A program made the translations under genes and the position numbers. The notes beneath the pieces were generated by a model. The model searched no databases and had not been told where the DNA came from. It worked only from the letters and a program-made list of their open reading frames with translations. A stretch of DNA of 50,683 bases. It comes from a virus (lineage: Duplodnaviria > Caudoviricetes). The stretch covers positions 1 to 50,683 of IMG/VR virus record IMGVR_UViG_3300032132_000010, one strand, 5' to 3'. Below are positions 1 to 8,663 of the stretch, in pieces; position 1 is the stretch's first letter, and each line of letters begins with the position of its first letter.

Positions 1-93
1 CGCGGTGTCGCGGTCGTGTTCGTTCGTCTGGTGCAGCACCGGGTCGTGGTGCGCGTGGGTGATCACTGTCTGCTTCGTCGTGGTTTCAGGCAT
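1..93 (-). CDS. 5' fragment of the Acb2/Tad1-like gene (truncated by window start; full copy at 48842-49354)
   Basis: Identical to 49262-49354. Confidence 0.7.
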   Translation of the reverse strand, partial: MPETTTKQTVITHAHHDPVLHQTNEHDRDTA

Positions 94-278
94 CTGCCGT
101 CTCCGTTCCTGGGGTTGCTCGCTGCGTTCCAGGCGCGTAGTCGCAGAGCCACGTGACCACCTGGACGAGCCGTGCGCCGATGCTACCTCGCGCGACACGC
201 CTGGAAGCTCCCTTGATCACGACACGACACGAAGGCACGGTGAGCAGGCGTCGTGCAGCAAAGTACCGAGGAAACGCC

Positions 279-716
279 ATGCCGCGCTTCACGAAGGGAC
301 AGAAAAGGCCTGCGGGATCAGGTCGGAAGAAGGGAACGCCGAACAAGGCGAACGCTGCGTTCAAGGCCGCGCTGGAGAAGGAGACGCGCCGCCGGAAGCT
401 CGACGTGCTGATGCGCGCGCAGTCGGACGAGGAGTTGATCGCGCTGTACGTGCGGGTGTTCGTGCCGCGCGAGAACAAGGTCGAGGTGGACGACAAGCGC
501 AGCCTCTCGGACATCCTGGCCGACTCGATGCGCGGGGAGCGGCCGCCGTCGATGATCGTGTCCGGCTCGCAACCGGACACGTCGGTCACTGTCCCGCCTG
601 TGTCCGCTTCGCAACCGGACAAGCCCGCGACCAACGGCGCGGCGAAGCCCGTGAGTGCGGCCAAGCGCAAGCTCGCGGCCGTGCGCCGGTTGGAGGGCTC
701 CGATGTCACGCCATGA
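279..716 (+). CDS. Probable terminase small subunit-like DNA-binding protein
   Basis: N-terminal GSGRKKGTPNK motif typical of TerS-like proteins; GAGGA before ATG 279; upstream of terL; frame intact in both alleles. Confidence 0.6.
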   Translation: MPRFTKGQKRPAGSGRKKGTPNKANAAFKAALEKETRRRKLDVLMRAQSDEELIALYVRVFVPRENKVEVDDKRSLSDILADSMRGERPPSMIVSGSQPDTSVTVPPVSASQPDKPATNGAAKPVSAAKRKLAAVRRLEGSDVTP

Positions 717-1230
717 GTCGAGCGAGTTCATGCAGCGCCGCAGGGACGCGGTGAAGCGCGCGGCGCGCAACGGTGCAGCGCCGCCGGCGGGCACGGGCAT
801 CGTGCGCGCGGACGCGCAGGGCAACATCGTCCAGGCGGGCAAGCTCGACGCGAACCAAGTCCTCCAGGTCGCGGTGCAGCTGTCGCTCCAGGTCACCAAG
901 ATGCCCGACTTCGCGGAGTGCCGCGTGGAGCAGCTTCGGAGCATCGAGGCTGACGAGAAGGAGAGTGGCAAGCCGCGCGCGTTCGGACAGCAGACCGCGC
1001 TCGACCTGCTGGCGGCTCTCAGCGCCTTCCAGGCGTCCGCGCGCGTGACGGTCCAGGCGAACGTCGAGCAGGGGCAGCGGGCGAAGGAGGCGGCACGTCG
1101 GGCGGCCGCTGGGCTGCCACCTCTCGATGGGCCGGACGACGGCGGCGGCGAGGCCACGACCGGCGCTGGTGACCGGCGGCCGATGGACGGTGGCGACGGC
1201 GGCGGCGGGTCGGCGGGCGGCGGCGGGTGA
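703..1230 (+). CDS. Hypothetical protein with Gly/Asp-rich tail
   Basis: GGAGG before ATG 703; reading frame conserved in the second allele. Confidence 0.7.
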   Translation: MSRHESSEFMQRRRDAVKRAARNGAAPPAGTGIVRADAQGNIVQAGKLDANQVLQVAVQLSLQVTKMPDFAECRVEQLRSIEADEKESGKPRAFGQQTALDLLAALSAFQASARVTVQANVEQGQRAKEAARRAAAGLPPLDGPDDGGGEATTGAGDRRPMDGGDGGGGSAGGGG

Positions 1231-1542
1231 GGTTGGGTGCGCGGGCGCGAAAACGCGCGCAGGCGAGCGGCCCCCCCCCCACCCCCGAGGTCGGCCAGGC
1301 GCGCGCGAAAAGAAAGGGATGGTGGCACCTAGCGAACCCCAGTTTTTTGCGAAATATGGAGATTTTCAGATATGGGCGGTAGAGCGAAGGCGTTGCGCCG
1401 GAGTCGCGTTGGAGTGGCCCGCAGCCGTCGTGAGAGGCTTGCTGCGCGGCGTCGGCGTCGGGAGGCGGTCCGGGAGGCCCGCGGAGGGCTGGAGCCCGTA
1501 GAGCGCCCCTCACGGCCGTCCGGCTGGAATGTCACGGAGGAC

Positions 1543-1671
1543 GTGAAGGAGGTTCCGACGAAGCGCCAGGTCCGGCGGAAGGTGCTCGAGGCGAAGATCC
1601 GCGAGAAGGGTGGTCTGGCTCCGTTGAGCGCGGCGCGGAAGCTGATGGACGCTGCGGACGCGCGTCGGTGA
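1543..1671 (+). CDS. Small basic hypothetical protein
   Basis: GGAGG then GTG; stop overlaps next start (GTGA). Confidence 0.4.
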   Translation: MKEVPTKRQVRRKVLEAKIREKGGLAPLSAARKLMDAADARR

Positions 1672-1973
1672 CCCCTGTGGCAGACGGCTTCACCCATCTG
1701 GTGTGGGCGTGGAAGTGCGCCGGCTGCACGTTCGTGATGGCGCTGGCGTCTCCCAAGACGGACACGGAGTTCGTGCCGATGCTGCCGAACTGTCCGCGTT
1801 GCCGTGCGTTCAGCTGGCTTGGTCCGTTGCAGATGGAGTCGTCGGGGGACGAGGAGGAGCAGACGCGGCGGGCGATCCTGTCGTGGGCGGCGATCGAGGG
1901 AGAGCTGATCTGCCACGCGCACCGTCACGTGAAGATGGACCCGAGCGCGATGGTGGTGCCGGACGGAATGTGA
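1668..1973 (+). CDS. Hypothetical zinc-finger protein
   Basis: CAGC and CPRC pairs; coupled start. Confidence 0.65.
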   Translation: MTPVADGFTHLVWAWKCAGCTFVMALASPKTDTEFVPMLPNCPRCRAFSWLGPLQMESSGDEEEQTRRAILSWAAIEGELICHAHRHVKMDPSAMVVPDGM

Positions 1974-2022
1974 CGGTGGCGGCTTGGGGCGGGGGTTGCG
2001 GGCTGATAGCGTGGCGGTCCTG

Positions 2023-2193
2023 ATGAAGAAGCTGATGATCTGGCTGCGGACCTGGAAGATGCGGCGCGCTCTGCGGCGCGTCTATCTGGCGTGGGTGCGC
2101 GACATCATGGAGGGTCGTCTGCTGCCGGAGGACGCGCACGGCTTCGCGGGGCTTGTGCCGCGGTTCGGTGACCTCACGCTCACGGAGGACTGA
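2023..2193 (+). CDS. Small hypothetical protein
   Basis: ORF with genome-typical codon usage. Confidence 0.5.
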   Translation: MKKLMIWLRTWKMRRALRRVYLAWVRDIMEGRLLPEDAHGFAGLVPRFGDLTLTED

Positions 2194-2386
2194 TGAAGGG
2201 GCTCGGGACACGCGCAGAGCAGGGCACACGGCAGAAGCCGCAGACGCCGCATCGCGTCGGGTGGCGTCTGGACTCGAGCGAGCCTCGGACGGCGAAGGGT
2301 GGGGGCGGCCGGCGCGGTCGGCGCGGATTCCGTGCGGGCTGGAAGCGCGTGATCGGGCGGTCGGCGTGAGCCGCCTCGAGGAGATC

Positions 2387-2488
2387 ATGGACCGTGTGCA
2401 GTACGGGGCGACGATCGTGATCGGAGTCGTCTACTACGCCCTGATCGCGGGGCTCCTGGTGCTGGCGGTGACGGGGGCCACCCGATGA
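2387..2488 (+). CDS. Single-TM microprotein (33 aa)
   Basis: GAGGAG SD; hydrophobic helix; ATGA overlap with next gene. Confidence 0.55.
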   Translation: MDRVQYGATIVIGVVYYALIAGLLVLAVTGATR

Positions 2489-2706
2489 GCAACTGGACGG
2501 CCTGGAATCCGGCGTGGGGCGCGGGCGACTACGCGATCAAGACGCCGGCCGGAGTCGTCCAGGCGGTGAAGGTGGTTCCGCGGCCGAGCCAAGAGGGGGA
2601 TGGGTTCGACTACATGATCCCGGGCGCGCACACCCAATGGGACGTCCTGGGCGGCGACGGCGGCCCCGCCGGCCTGCTGTGGCAGCCGCTCGAGCTCCCC
2701 GTCTGA
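2485..2706 (+). CDS. Hypothetical protein
   Basis: Translationally coupled on both sides. Confidence 0.6.
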   Translation: MSNWTAWNPAWGAGDYAIKTPAGVVQAVKVVPRPSQEGDGFDYMIPGAHTQWDVLGGDGGPAGLLWQPLELPV

Positions 2707-3017
2707 TGGTCGTGCATGACAGCAAGTGCCGCGCGTGTGAGGCTCCGCTGCTGTGGACGGTGACGACGAAGGGCAAGAAGATGCCCGTGGACGCGAAGCC
2801 AACAGAGTTCGGGCCGTTCGTGCTGCTGTACGAGGGGCAGCGGCAGCCGACCGCGAAATACATCGGCGCGGCGGGGGATTCGGGCGGCGAGAAGCGGTAC
2901 GAGAGCCACTGGGCCACGTGCACCGACGCCGAGAAGTTCCGGCGGACGCCGGCGCAGAACGCCAAGGTGGACGCGGCGCGGGCGAAGGACCCCGTGCAGG
3001 ACCGGCTGCCGTTCTAG
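2706..3017 (+). CDS. Conserved-looking phage Zn-binding protein (CxxC...W..T..GK.MPVD...SHxxTC type)
   Basis: CRAC, KGKKMPVD and YESHWATC motifs; TGATG coupling. Confidence 0.7.
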   Translation: MVVHDSKCRACEAPLLWTVTTKGKKMPVDAKPTEFGPFVLLYEGQRQPTAKYIGAAGDSGGEKRYESHWATCTDAEKFRRTPAQNAKVDAARAKDPVQDRLPF

Positions 3018-4550
3018 GTGACTGACCGCCTTCCCTACGACGCGGAGCGCATCAAGGGCTGGCGACACGATCCCGTGTCGTTCGTCACGGACCCGATCAT
3101 CTACGGGGCCACGCCGGACCCGTTCCAGCTCGAGGCGCTGCGCGCGCTGGTCGAGAGCCCGACCGGCGAGCCGCAGATGTGGGGCCAGCACCGGATCGCG
3201 CTGCCCGCCTGCGCCGGCCCGGGGAAGTCGGCCTTCCTGGCGTGGGCCGGCCAGTGGGCCATGGCCGTGTTCGGGGACAACGCGCGGCACCCCAAGGGGG
3301 TGGCCATCTCGATCGACAAGGAGAACCTGCGCGACAACCTGTGGGCGGAAATGTCGATCTGGCGCAACCGCTCGCCGTACCTGACCGAAGCGTTCGACAT
3401 CACCTCGACGCGGTACTTCGCCAAGGAGTTCCCCGACAGCTGGTTCATCTCGGCGCGCGCCTGGCCGAAGCGCGCGGACGACACGGCGATCGGCCGCACC
3501 CTGTCGGGGCTCCACGCTTCGTGGGTGATCGCGCTGTGCGACGAGTCGGCCGAGATGCCGATCAACCTGATGAAGACGGCCGAGCAGATGTTCTCCACGA
3601 TGGAGTACGGCTGCATCGCGCAGAGCGGCAACTGCACCTCGCGGCTCGGGATGCTCTACGCCGCGATCACGGAGTTCGCTGACGAGTGGCGGCGCATCCT
3701 CATCACCGGGGACCCCGAGGACCCGAACCGGAGCCCGCGCGTCGATATCGACTGGGCGCGGAAGTGGATCAAGAAGCTGGGCCGCGAGGACCCGTGGGTC
3801 CAGGCGTTCATCCTCGGGGAGTTCCCCGACGTCGCGCTGTCGACGCTGCTCACCGAGGACGACGTGAAGGAGGCGATGACGCGCCACGTGCGCGACGACG
3901 AGCTCCGCGGTCACCCGAAGATCCTGGGCGTCGACGTGGCGCGCGAGGGGCTGGACAAATGCGCCATGGCCTCGCGGCAGGGACGCGGGTGCCTGGAGAT
4001 CCCGTGGCGGCGCAACCTGGACAGCATCGAGGGGGCCGGCTGGGTGGTCGAGCGGTGGAACCGCTGGAACGCCGACGCCTGCTTCTACGACCACACGGGC
4101 GGCTTCGGCGCGGGCTGGGGCGACCAGATGCGGGTGCTGCACAAGGAGCCGGTCGGGATCGTGTTCAACGGCAAGCCGACCGATATGCGCTACGGCAACA
4201 TCCGCGCCGAGATGTGGTTCAAGATGGCGAAGTGGGTGAAGGACGGCGGCGCGATCCCTCCCGACTGCGAGGAGCTGGTCAAGGAGCTGTCGGTGCCGCG
4301 GTACTACTTCAAGGACGACCGGCTGATGCTGGAGTCCAAGGATCAGATCCGCGTGTCGCTGGGGCGCTCGCCGGACCTGGCGGACGGGCTCGCGCTGACG
4401 TTCGCCTATGATGTGGACGCGCTGGACGGCCCGCTCGAGGACATCGCCAAGCAGGACGAGGCTCTGGCCGAGATGCTGCTACAGAACCGCGGGGCGCGCG
4501 AGCGTGGGATGCAAGCCGAGACAGGGGCCAACCCGTACTACGAGCTGTGA
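3018..4550 (+). CDS. terL: Terminase large subunit
   Basis: Walker A-like AGPGKS, Walker B IALCDES, nuclease motifs GVDVAR and RSPDLAD; precedes portal. Confidence 0.93.
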   Translation: MTDRLPYDAERIKGWRHDPVSFVTDPIIYGATPDPFQLEALRALVESPTGEPQMWGQHRIALPACAGPGKSAFLAWAGQWAMAVFGDNARHPKGVAISIDKENLRDNLWAEMSIWRNRSPYLTEAFDITSTRYFAKEFPDSWFISARAWPKRADDTAIGRTLSGLHASWVIALCDESAEMPINLMKTAEQMFSTMEYGCIAQSGNCTSRLGMLYAAITEFADEWRRILITGDPEDPNRSPRVDIDWARKWIKKLGREDPWVQAFILGEFPDVALSTLLTEDDVKEAMTRHVRDDELRGHPKILGVDVAREGLDKCAMASRQGRGCLEIPWRRNLDSIEGAGWVVERWNRWNADACFYDHTGGFGAGWGDQMRVLHKEPVGIVFNGKPTDMRYGNIRAEMWFKMAKWVKDGGAIPPDCEELVKELSVPRYYFKDDRLMLESKDQIRVSLGRSPDLADGLALTFAYDVDALDGPLEDIAKQDEALAEMLLQNRGARERGMQAETGANPYYEL

Positions 4551-4560
4551 GGATCGAACC

Positions 4561-4836
4561 ATGAAGCTGAAAGTCGAAATCTCCGTAGGTGACGCGCGCA
4601 AGCTGGAGACGCGCGCCATCCAGCTGCTCATCGCCCGCGCGATCCATCCGCATCTGCGCGCGGCGTTCGTCGAGCACGACACGAAGCAGCCGCCCGCGCA
4701 CCGGAAGGAGCAGGAACCCGCGCCGGACGGCGACGTGGTGACCATCAACGTCGAGGTGAAGGACGTGTTCTTCGCGCACATGAGGCCGTCGCTGCGGCCC
4801 GAGGGCGCGGCGAAGCTGCCGACCGACAAGCCGTGA
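4561..4836 (+). CDS. Hypothetical protein
   Basis: GAGGA SD, ATG 4561, GTGA coupling. Confidence 0.65.
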   Translation: MKLKVEISVGDARKLETRAIQLLIARAIHPHLRAAFVEHDTKQPPAHRKEQEPAPDGDVVTINVEVKDVFFAHMRPSLRPEGAAKLPTDKP

Positions 4837-5309
4837 TCGTCCGGCCGGCGACCTACGGCGACTTGAGCGCCCTGCTCCGCCTGTCCAAGCTGATGCACCG
4901 GGAGGCACCGGCCTACCGCGACCAGCTGTTCGACGAGCAGGTCGTCGAGGACAACTGGACCGTCGCGCTCGACATCGGCGCGGTGTTCGTGGCCGTCGAC
5001 GAACACCCCGATCGCCCGATGACGCTCGGCATGGCCGCGGGCACGATCACGTCGCTGATCTTCAACCTGCTCCCCATCGGTGCCGACGTGATCCGATGGG
5101 TGAGGCCGGAGCACCGCGGCGGGCCGGTGCACCTGGCGCTCCTCTCCGCCATCGAGGGCTGGGCGGCGTCGCGCGGCGCGACTCGCTTCCGCATCACCGA
5201 TTCGTGCGGCGTTCACGACAACGAGCGGTCCCTGGACCGCTTCCACGCGGGCCTCGGGTACGAAAGAGTGAGCAGAACCTATGAACGGGTCTTGAAAACG
5301 CCCGCCTGA
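4833..5309 (+). CDS. GNAT-family acetyltransferase-like protein
   Basis: IVRPATxxD N-terminus, WVRPEHRGG acetyl-CoA loop, LGY near C-terminus. Confidence 0.75.
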   Translation: MIVRPATYGDLSALLRLSKLMHREAPAYRDQLFDEQVVEDNWTVALDIGAVFVAVDEHPDRPMTLGMAAGTITSLIFNLLPIGADVIRWVRPEHRGGPVHLALLSAIEGWAASRGATRFRITDSCGVHDNERSLDRFHAGLGYERVSRTYERVLKTPA

Positions 5310-5324
5310 GACAGTTCGTTCTGC
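5291..5324 (+). promoter_or_regulatory. Putative late promoter/operator, copy 1 (CTTGAAAAC-N7-TGAGACAGTTCGTTCTGC)
   Basis: 28/34 identical to 10454-10487; directly upstream of the portal gene cluster. Confidence 0.7.
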
Positions 5325-5351
5325 GGCCGTCCCGGTGGAGACGGCTACGAC

Positions 5352-5603
5352 ATGGGTGGCGGCGGCGGAATCCTTCAGCAAGTCCCCATCGTGGGCGGTC
5401 TGTTCGGTGGCGGCATCCAGCCCAACTTCCCGAAGATCCCCGAGCCGGTCGACGAGGAGGAGGAGGAGCGCCGCAAGCGGCTCCGCGCCGATCGCGCCAA
5501 GCTCAAGGCCGCCGGGGCGCAAGGGTTCAGCGACAGTGTGAGGGCTGGCCCGCTGGGCAAGGTGGCAAGCCCCACTGGGACGACAACGCTGGGCGGTAAG
5601 TAG
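5352..5603 (+). CDS. Small virion-associated protein preceding the portal
   Basis: Position and TTTLGG C-terminus resemble podovirus pre-portal proteins; GGAG SD. Confidence 0.65.
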   Translation: MGGGGGILQQVPIVGGLFGGGIQPNFPKIPEPVDEEEEERRKRLRADRAKLKAAGAQGFSDSVRAGPLGKVASPTGTTTLGGK

Positions 5604-5605
5604 CC

Positions 5606-7399
5606 GTGGCCGGCGCGTCGACCACACAGGGGGTCTTGGACCCGAGCGGCGACATCACCTCGCGCTACGCGCTCGACCACTACTTCAACGAGCTGTGGGC
5701 AACCATGAGCACGTGGAAGGATCTGTGGCGCGAGCTTGCCGACTACATCATGCCGACGCGCTCTCGCTTCCTGATGAGCGATGCCAACAAGGGCAACCGG
5801 CACAACAGCCTGATCCTCGACGGGACCGCGAAGCGGGCACTGAACAACGCGAAAGCTGGACTACTGGCCGGCATGGCGTCCCCGTCGAGGCCATGGTTCA
5901 ACCTGAGCACGGGCGACAAGGACAAGGACCGCAACCCGTCCGTCTCGGAGTGGCTGGAGGACAGCCGCAACCGCGCGATGGGCTACATGGAGGGGGCCAA
6001 CTACTACGGCTCGCTCGGTGAGCAGCTGGTCGACGAGATGGTGTTCGGGACGGGGGCCAAGATCATCCTGGCCGACCCCGGCTCCAAGATGTTCCGCACG
6101 GTGACGTTCCCGATCGGCTCGTACTCGATCGCGCAGAACAGCCACGGCATCGTCGACACGTTCGCGCGCGAGTTCAGTCAGACCGTGCGACAGATCGTGC
6201 AGGAGTACGGCTACGACAACGCGCCGGACTCCGTGCAGAAGGACTGGGACAACCGGAGCTACGAGACGCCCTACGAGGTCCGGTGGATGATCTACCCGAA
6301 CCCCGAGGCGAACGAGCAGCGCGCAGAGGTGGACAGCCGCTACCTGCCCTTCCGCGAGGTGCACTGGATCAGCCAAGGCGGCGACCAACACGCCACCGAC
6401 GTCGACCGCTGGGCGAGCGGCGCGATCGACAGCGCCGGCCAGTCCGGTGTCCTCAAGGTGTCCGGCTTCCATGAGTTCCCCGTCTCGGTCGGCCGCTGGG
6501 ACAAGAACGACGACGACGTGTTCGCAACGAGCTGCCCGGGGATGGACGCGAAGGGCGACATCAAGACGCTCCAGACGCAGGCCCGCGACCTGTGGAACGC
6601 GATCAAAAAGAAGATCAACCCGCCGCTGAAGGCGGGGCCGTCCGTGCGGAACAAGCCGGTGTCGATGATGCCCGGCAAGGTCAACATCCAGAACGAGACG
6701 TCGAACAACGCGGGGCTCGGCTCGCTGCACGAAACGAACCTGGACATCGACCATCTGCGCCAGGCCAAGGCCGAGGTGAGGGACGCCGTGAAGGAACACT
6801 TCATGGAGCCCATCTTCCTCATGCTGATCGGTGACAGCCGCTCGACGCCGCCCACGGCCGAGGAAGTCCGCGCCCGCGCGCGCGAGAAGCTGTCGATCCT
6901 CGGCCCGATCCTGGAGCGCCAGTCGGACGATATCTTCGACAAGGACATCGACCGGATCATGAACATCCTGATCCGCCGCTCGATGCCGTTCTGGGCGCTG
7001 GGCCTCGAGGGCGCGCCGCTGATGCAGCCGCCCGAGGCGATGGGTGAGGTCGCGCTGGAGGTCGAGTACGTCTCCGAGGTCGCGCAGGCGCAGAAGCAGG
7101 TCGGCCTCGCCGGCCTGGAGCAGCACGTTGCGTTCGTCGGCCAGCTGTCCGCGATCGTTCCGCAGACGCTCGACAACATGGACTGGGACGAGGTGGTCAG
7201 GCTCCACGCCGAGATGAGCGGGACGCCCGCGCGCGTCACGCGCCCCTACGACGAAACCGCAGAGCTCCGCGCGGTGCGCGCGCAGCGCGAGGCGGAAGCA
7301 GCGAAGGCGGAACAGGCGGCGGCCGGAGCCGCAGCCGCGAAGGATCTTTCACAGGCCGACATGGGCGGCGACAACGCGCTGACCCGGCTGGCCGCGTAA
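5606..7399 (+). CDS. Portal (head-tail connector) protein
   Basis: WRELADYIMP, SPSRPWF, FGTG, TAEEV...EKL.ILGP.LER motifs of T7 gp8/BPP-1-type connectors. Confidence 0.93.
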   Translation: MAGASTTQGVLDPSGDITSRYALDHYFNELWATMSTWKDLWRELADYIMPTRSRFLMSDANKGNRHNSLILDGTAKRALNNAKAGLLAGMASPSRPWFNLSTGDKDKDRNPSVSEWLEDSRNRAMGYMEGANYYGSLGEQLVDEMVFGTGAKIILADPGSKMFRTVTFPIGSYSIAQNSHGIVDTFAREFSQTVRQIVQEYGYDNAPDSVQKDWDNRSYETPYEVRWMIYPNPEANEQRAEVDSRYLPFREVHWISQGGDQHATDVDRWASGAIDSAGQSGVLKVSGFHEFPVSVGRWDKNDDDVFATSCPGMDAKGDIKTLQTQARDLWNAIKKKINPPLKAGPSVRNKPVSMMPGKVNIQNETSNNAGLGSLHETNLDIDHLRQAKAEVRDAVKEHFMEPIFLMLIGDSRSTPPTAEEVRARAREKLSILGPILERQSDDIFDKDIDRIMNILIRRSMPFWALGLEGAPLMQPPEAMGEVALEVEYVSEVAQAQKQVGLAGLEQHVAFVGQLSAIVPQTLDNMDWDEVVRLHAEMSGTPARVTRPYDETAELRAVRAQREAEAAKAEQAAAGAAAAKDLSQADMGGDNALTRLAA

Positions 7400-7426
7400 C
7401 CAGGAAGCACAAGGAGCAAGGGACAC

Positions 7427-7879
7427 ATGGCAGACATCGAGCCCACCAAAGACAAGGCGACCGCTTACGGCGCGTCCCTGACCACCTCCCACGTCGTTGG
7501 CACGGCGGCGGGCACCATCAACGGCGACTGGATCACGCCGCTGGCCGACATCGTGATCGTCGGCTACTGCGTCGAGTACACCGAGGTCGATGGCACGTCC
7601 CTCGCGGACGCGGACATCACGTTCCAGTGCAAGTACGGCGACGTGGCCACGGTGTTCGACATCTGCGACCAGGCGGGCACCCCGCTGACGTTCACCGAGG
7701 CGACCAGCGGCATCAAGGAGTTCCGCTCCTTCGCTGGCATCACCGCGGGGATGGCGGCGGTCGACCTGCGCGGCATCAGCGCGATTCGCGCGACGGCCGC
7801 GACGACGGGCACGACCCACGCCGCGGGCGACGTGTGCAACGTGACGTTCATCGGTTACGAGCCGACCTGGACGCTCTGA
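7427..7879 (+). CDS. Beta-rich hypothetical virion protein; paralog of 33372 and 33833
   Basis: Shares DIEP, GDWITPL, DGT and AIRATAA with 33833-34297. Confidence 0.8.
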   Translation: MADIEPTKDKATAYGASLTTSHVVGTAAGTINGDWITPLADIVIVGYCVEYTEVDGTSLADADITFQCKYGDVATVFDICDQAGTPLTFTEATSGIKEFRSFAGITAGMAAVDLRGISAIRATAATTGTTHAAGDVCNVTFIGYEPTWTL

Positions 7880-7894
7880 TCGGAGGTCCCCCGG

Positions 7895-8215
7895 ATGGCC
7901 GACGCTCCTGGGCCAGCGGTCAAGGTCGCGCACGGTTCCATCGCCACCGACCCGTCAGCGTTCACGCTGATCGTCGCGCATGGGACCGTGCTCGGCTGGG
8001 GCTTCGTGCACCTGGAGTCGAGCGTCGACGCGAGCTTTGAGGGCAGCTTCGATGGAACGAACATCGACTTCTACTGGTCCGAGGGAGCGCCGCCGCGCGA
8101 GTGGGGGCCGGACGAGATCGGCGCGGGCCGCCACCTCAACTTCTCGATCTACCTGCGCTACCTCAACGGCGAGTCGCCCAGCGCCGGCTTCGTCACAGCG
8201 GACGGGCTGATCTGA
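7895..8215 (+). CDS. Hypothetical protein resembling the C-terminal domain of 8664-9878
   Basis: GGAGG SD; IDF...PREW and PSAGFVT motifs mirrored in the 404-aa protein. Confidence 0.7.
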   Translation: MADAPGPAVKVAHGSIATDPSAFTLIVAHGTVLGWGFVHLESSVDASFEGSFDGTNIDFYWSEGAPPREWGPDEIGAGRHLNFSIYLRYLNGESPSAGFVTADGLI

Positions 8216-8216
8216 C

Positions 8217-8660
8217 ATGAGCAAGACCAACTACCTCGAGGAAGGCTGGCTCGACGCTTGGTACTTCGGCACCTCGCTCGGGAACATCACGCGCAACGCG
8301 GCCTCGCCGGATACCGAATGGTGGGTGACGCTGTTCACGGCCGACCCGACCGAGAGCGGCGTGTTCACCAACGAGGCCGGCTACGACAACTTCCTGCGCG
8401 AGTCGATCGACCGCGGGCCGGCGGCGGGTGACTTCAGCCGCACCGGCAGCATCCTGTCGAACGACAACGCGATCACGTTCAACACAGCGACGACCGACCC
8501 GACGAGCGAAACGGTGACGTACTGGGGCATCGTTGACGCCGAGACGCTGGGCACCGGCAACCTGATGATCTACGGCCAGCTGTCGGGCAGCGGGCTCGTC
8601 GTGTCATGGAACACGACGCCCAGCTTCGACGTCGGAGAGCTGACCTACGACGAGGACTGA
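8217..8660 (+). CDS. Phage fibre/tail-associated protein (NYLE...LFTADP...GNL type)
   Basis: Recognisable motif series NYLE, LFTADP, NxxAITF, WGIVDA, GNL, F..GEL. Confidence 0.7.
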   Translation: MSKTNYLEEGWLDAWYFGTSLGNITRNAASPDTEWWVTLFTADPTESGVFTNEAGYDNFLRESIDRGPAAGDFSRTGSILSNDNAITFNTATTDPTSETVTYWGIVDAETLGTGNLMIYGQLSGSGLVVSWNTTPSFDVGELTYDED

Positions 8661-8663
8661 GCG

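Larger units (their letters stand above)
1..1424 (+). repeat. Terminal direct repeat, copy A (imperfect)
   Basis: Aligns to 49262-50683. First 126 and last 127 nt are identical; about 36 substitutions counted in 127-1129 and stronger divergence in 1130-1297. Confidence 0.97.

Noticed and set aside
265-272. 8-nt sRNA complements before genes 279 (ACCGAGGA) and 40665 (CCGAGGAG)
   Set aside because: Too short to distinguish from ordinary Shine-Dalgarno sequences, so not counted as targets
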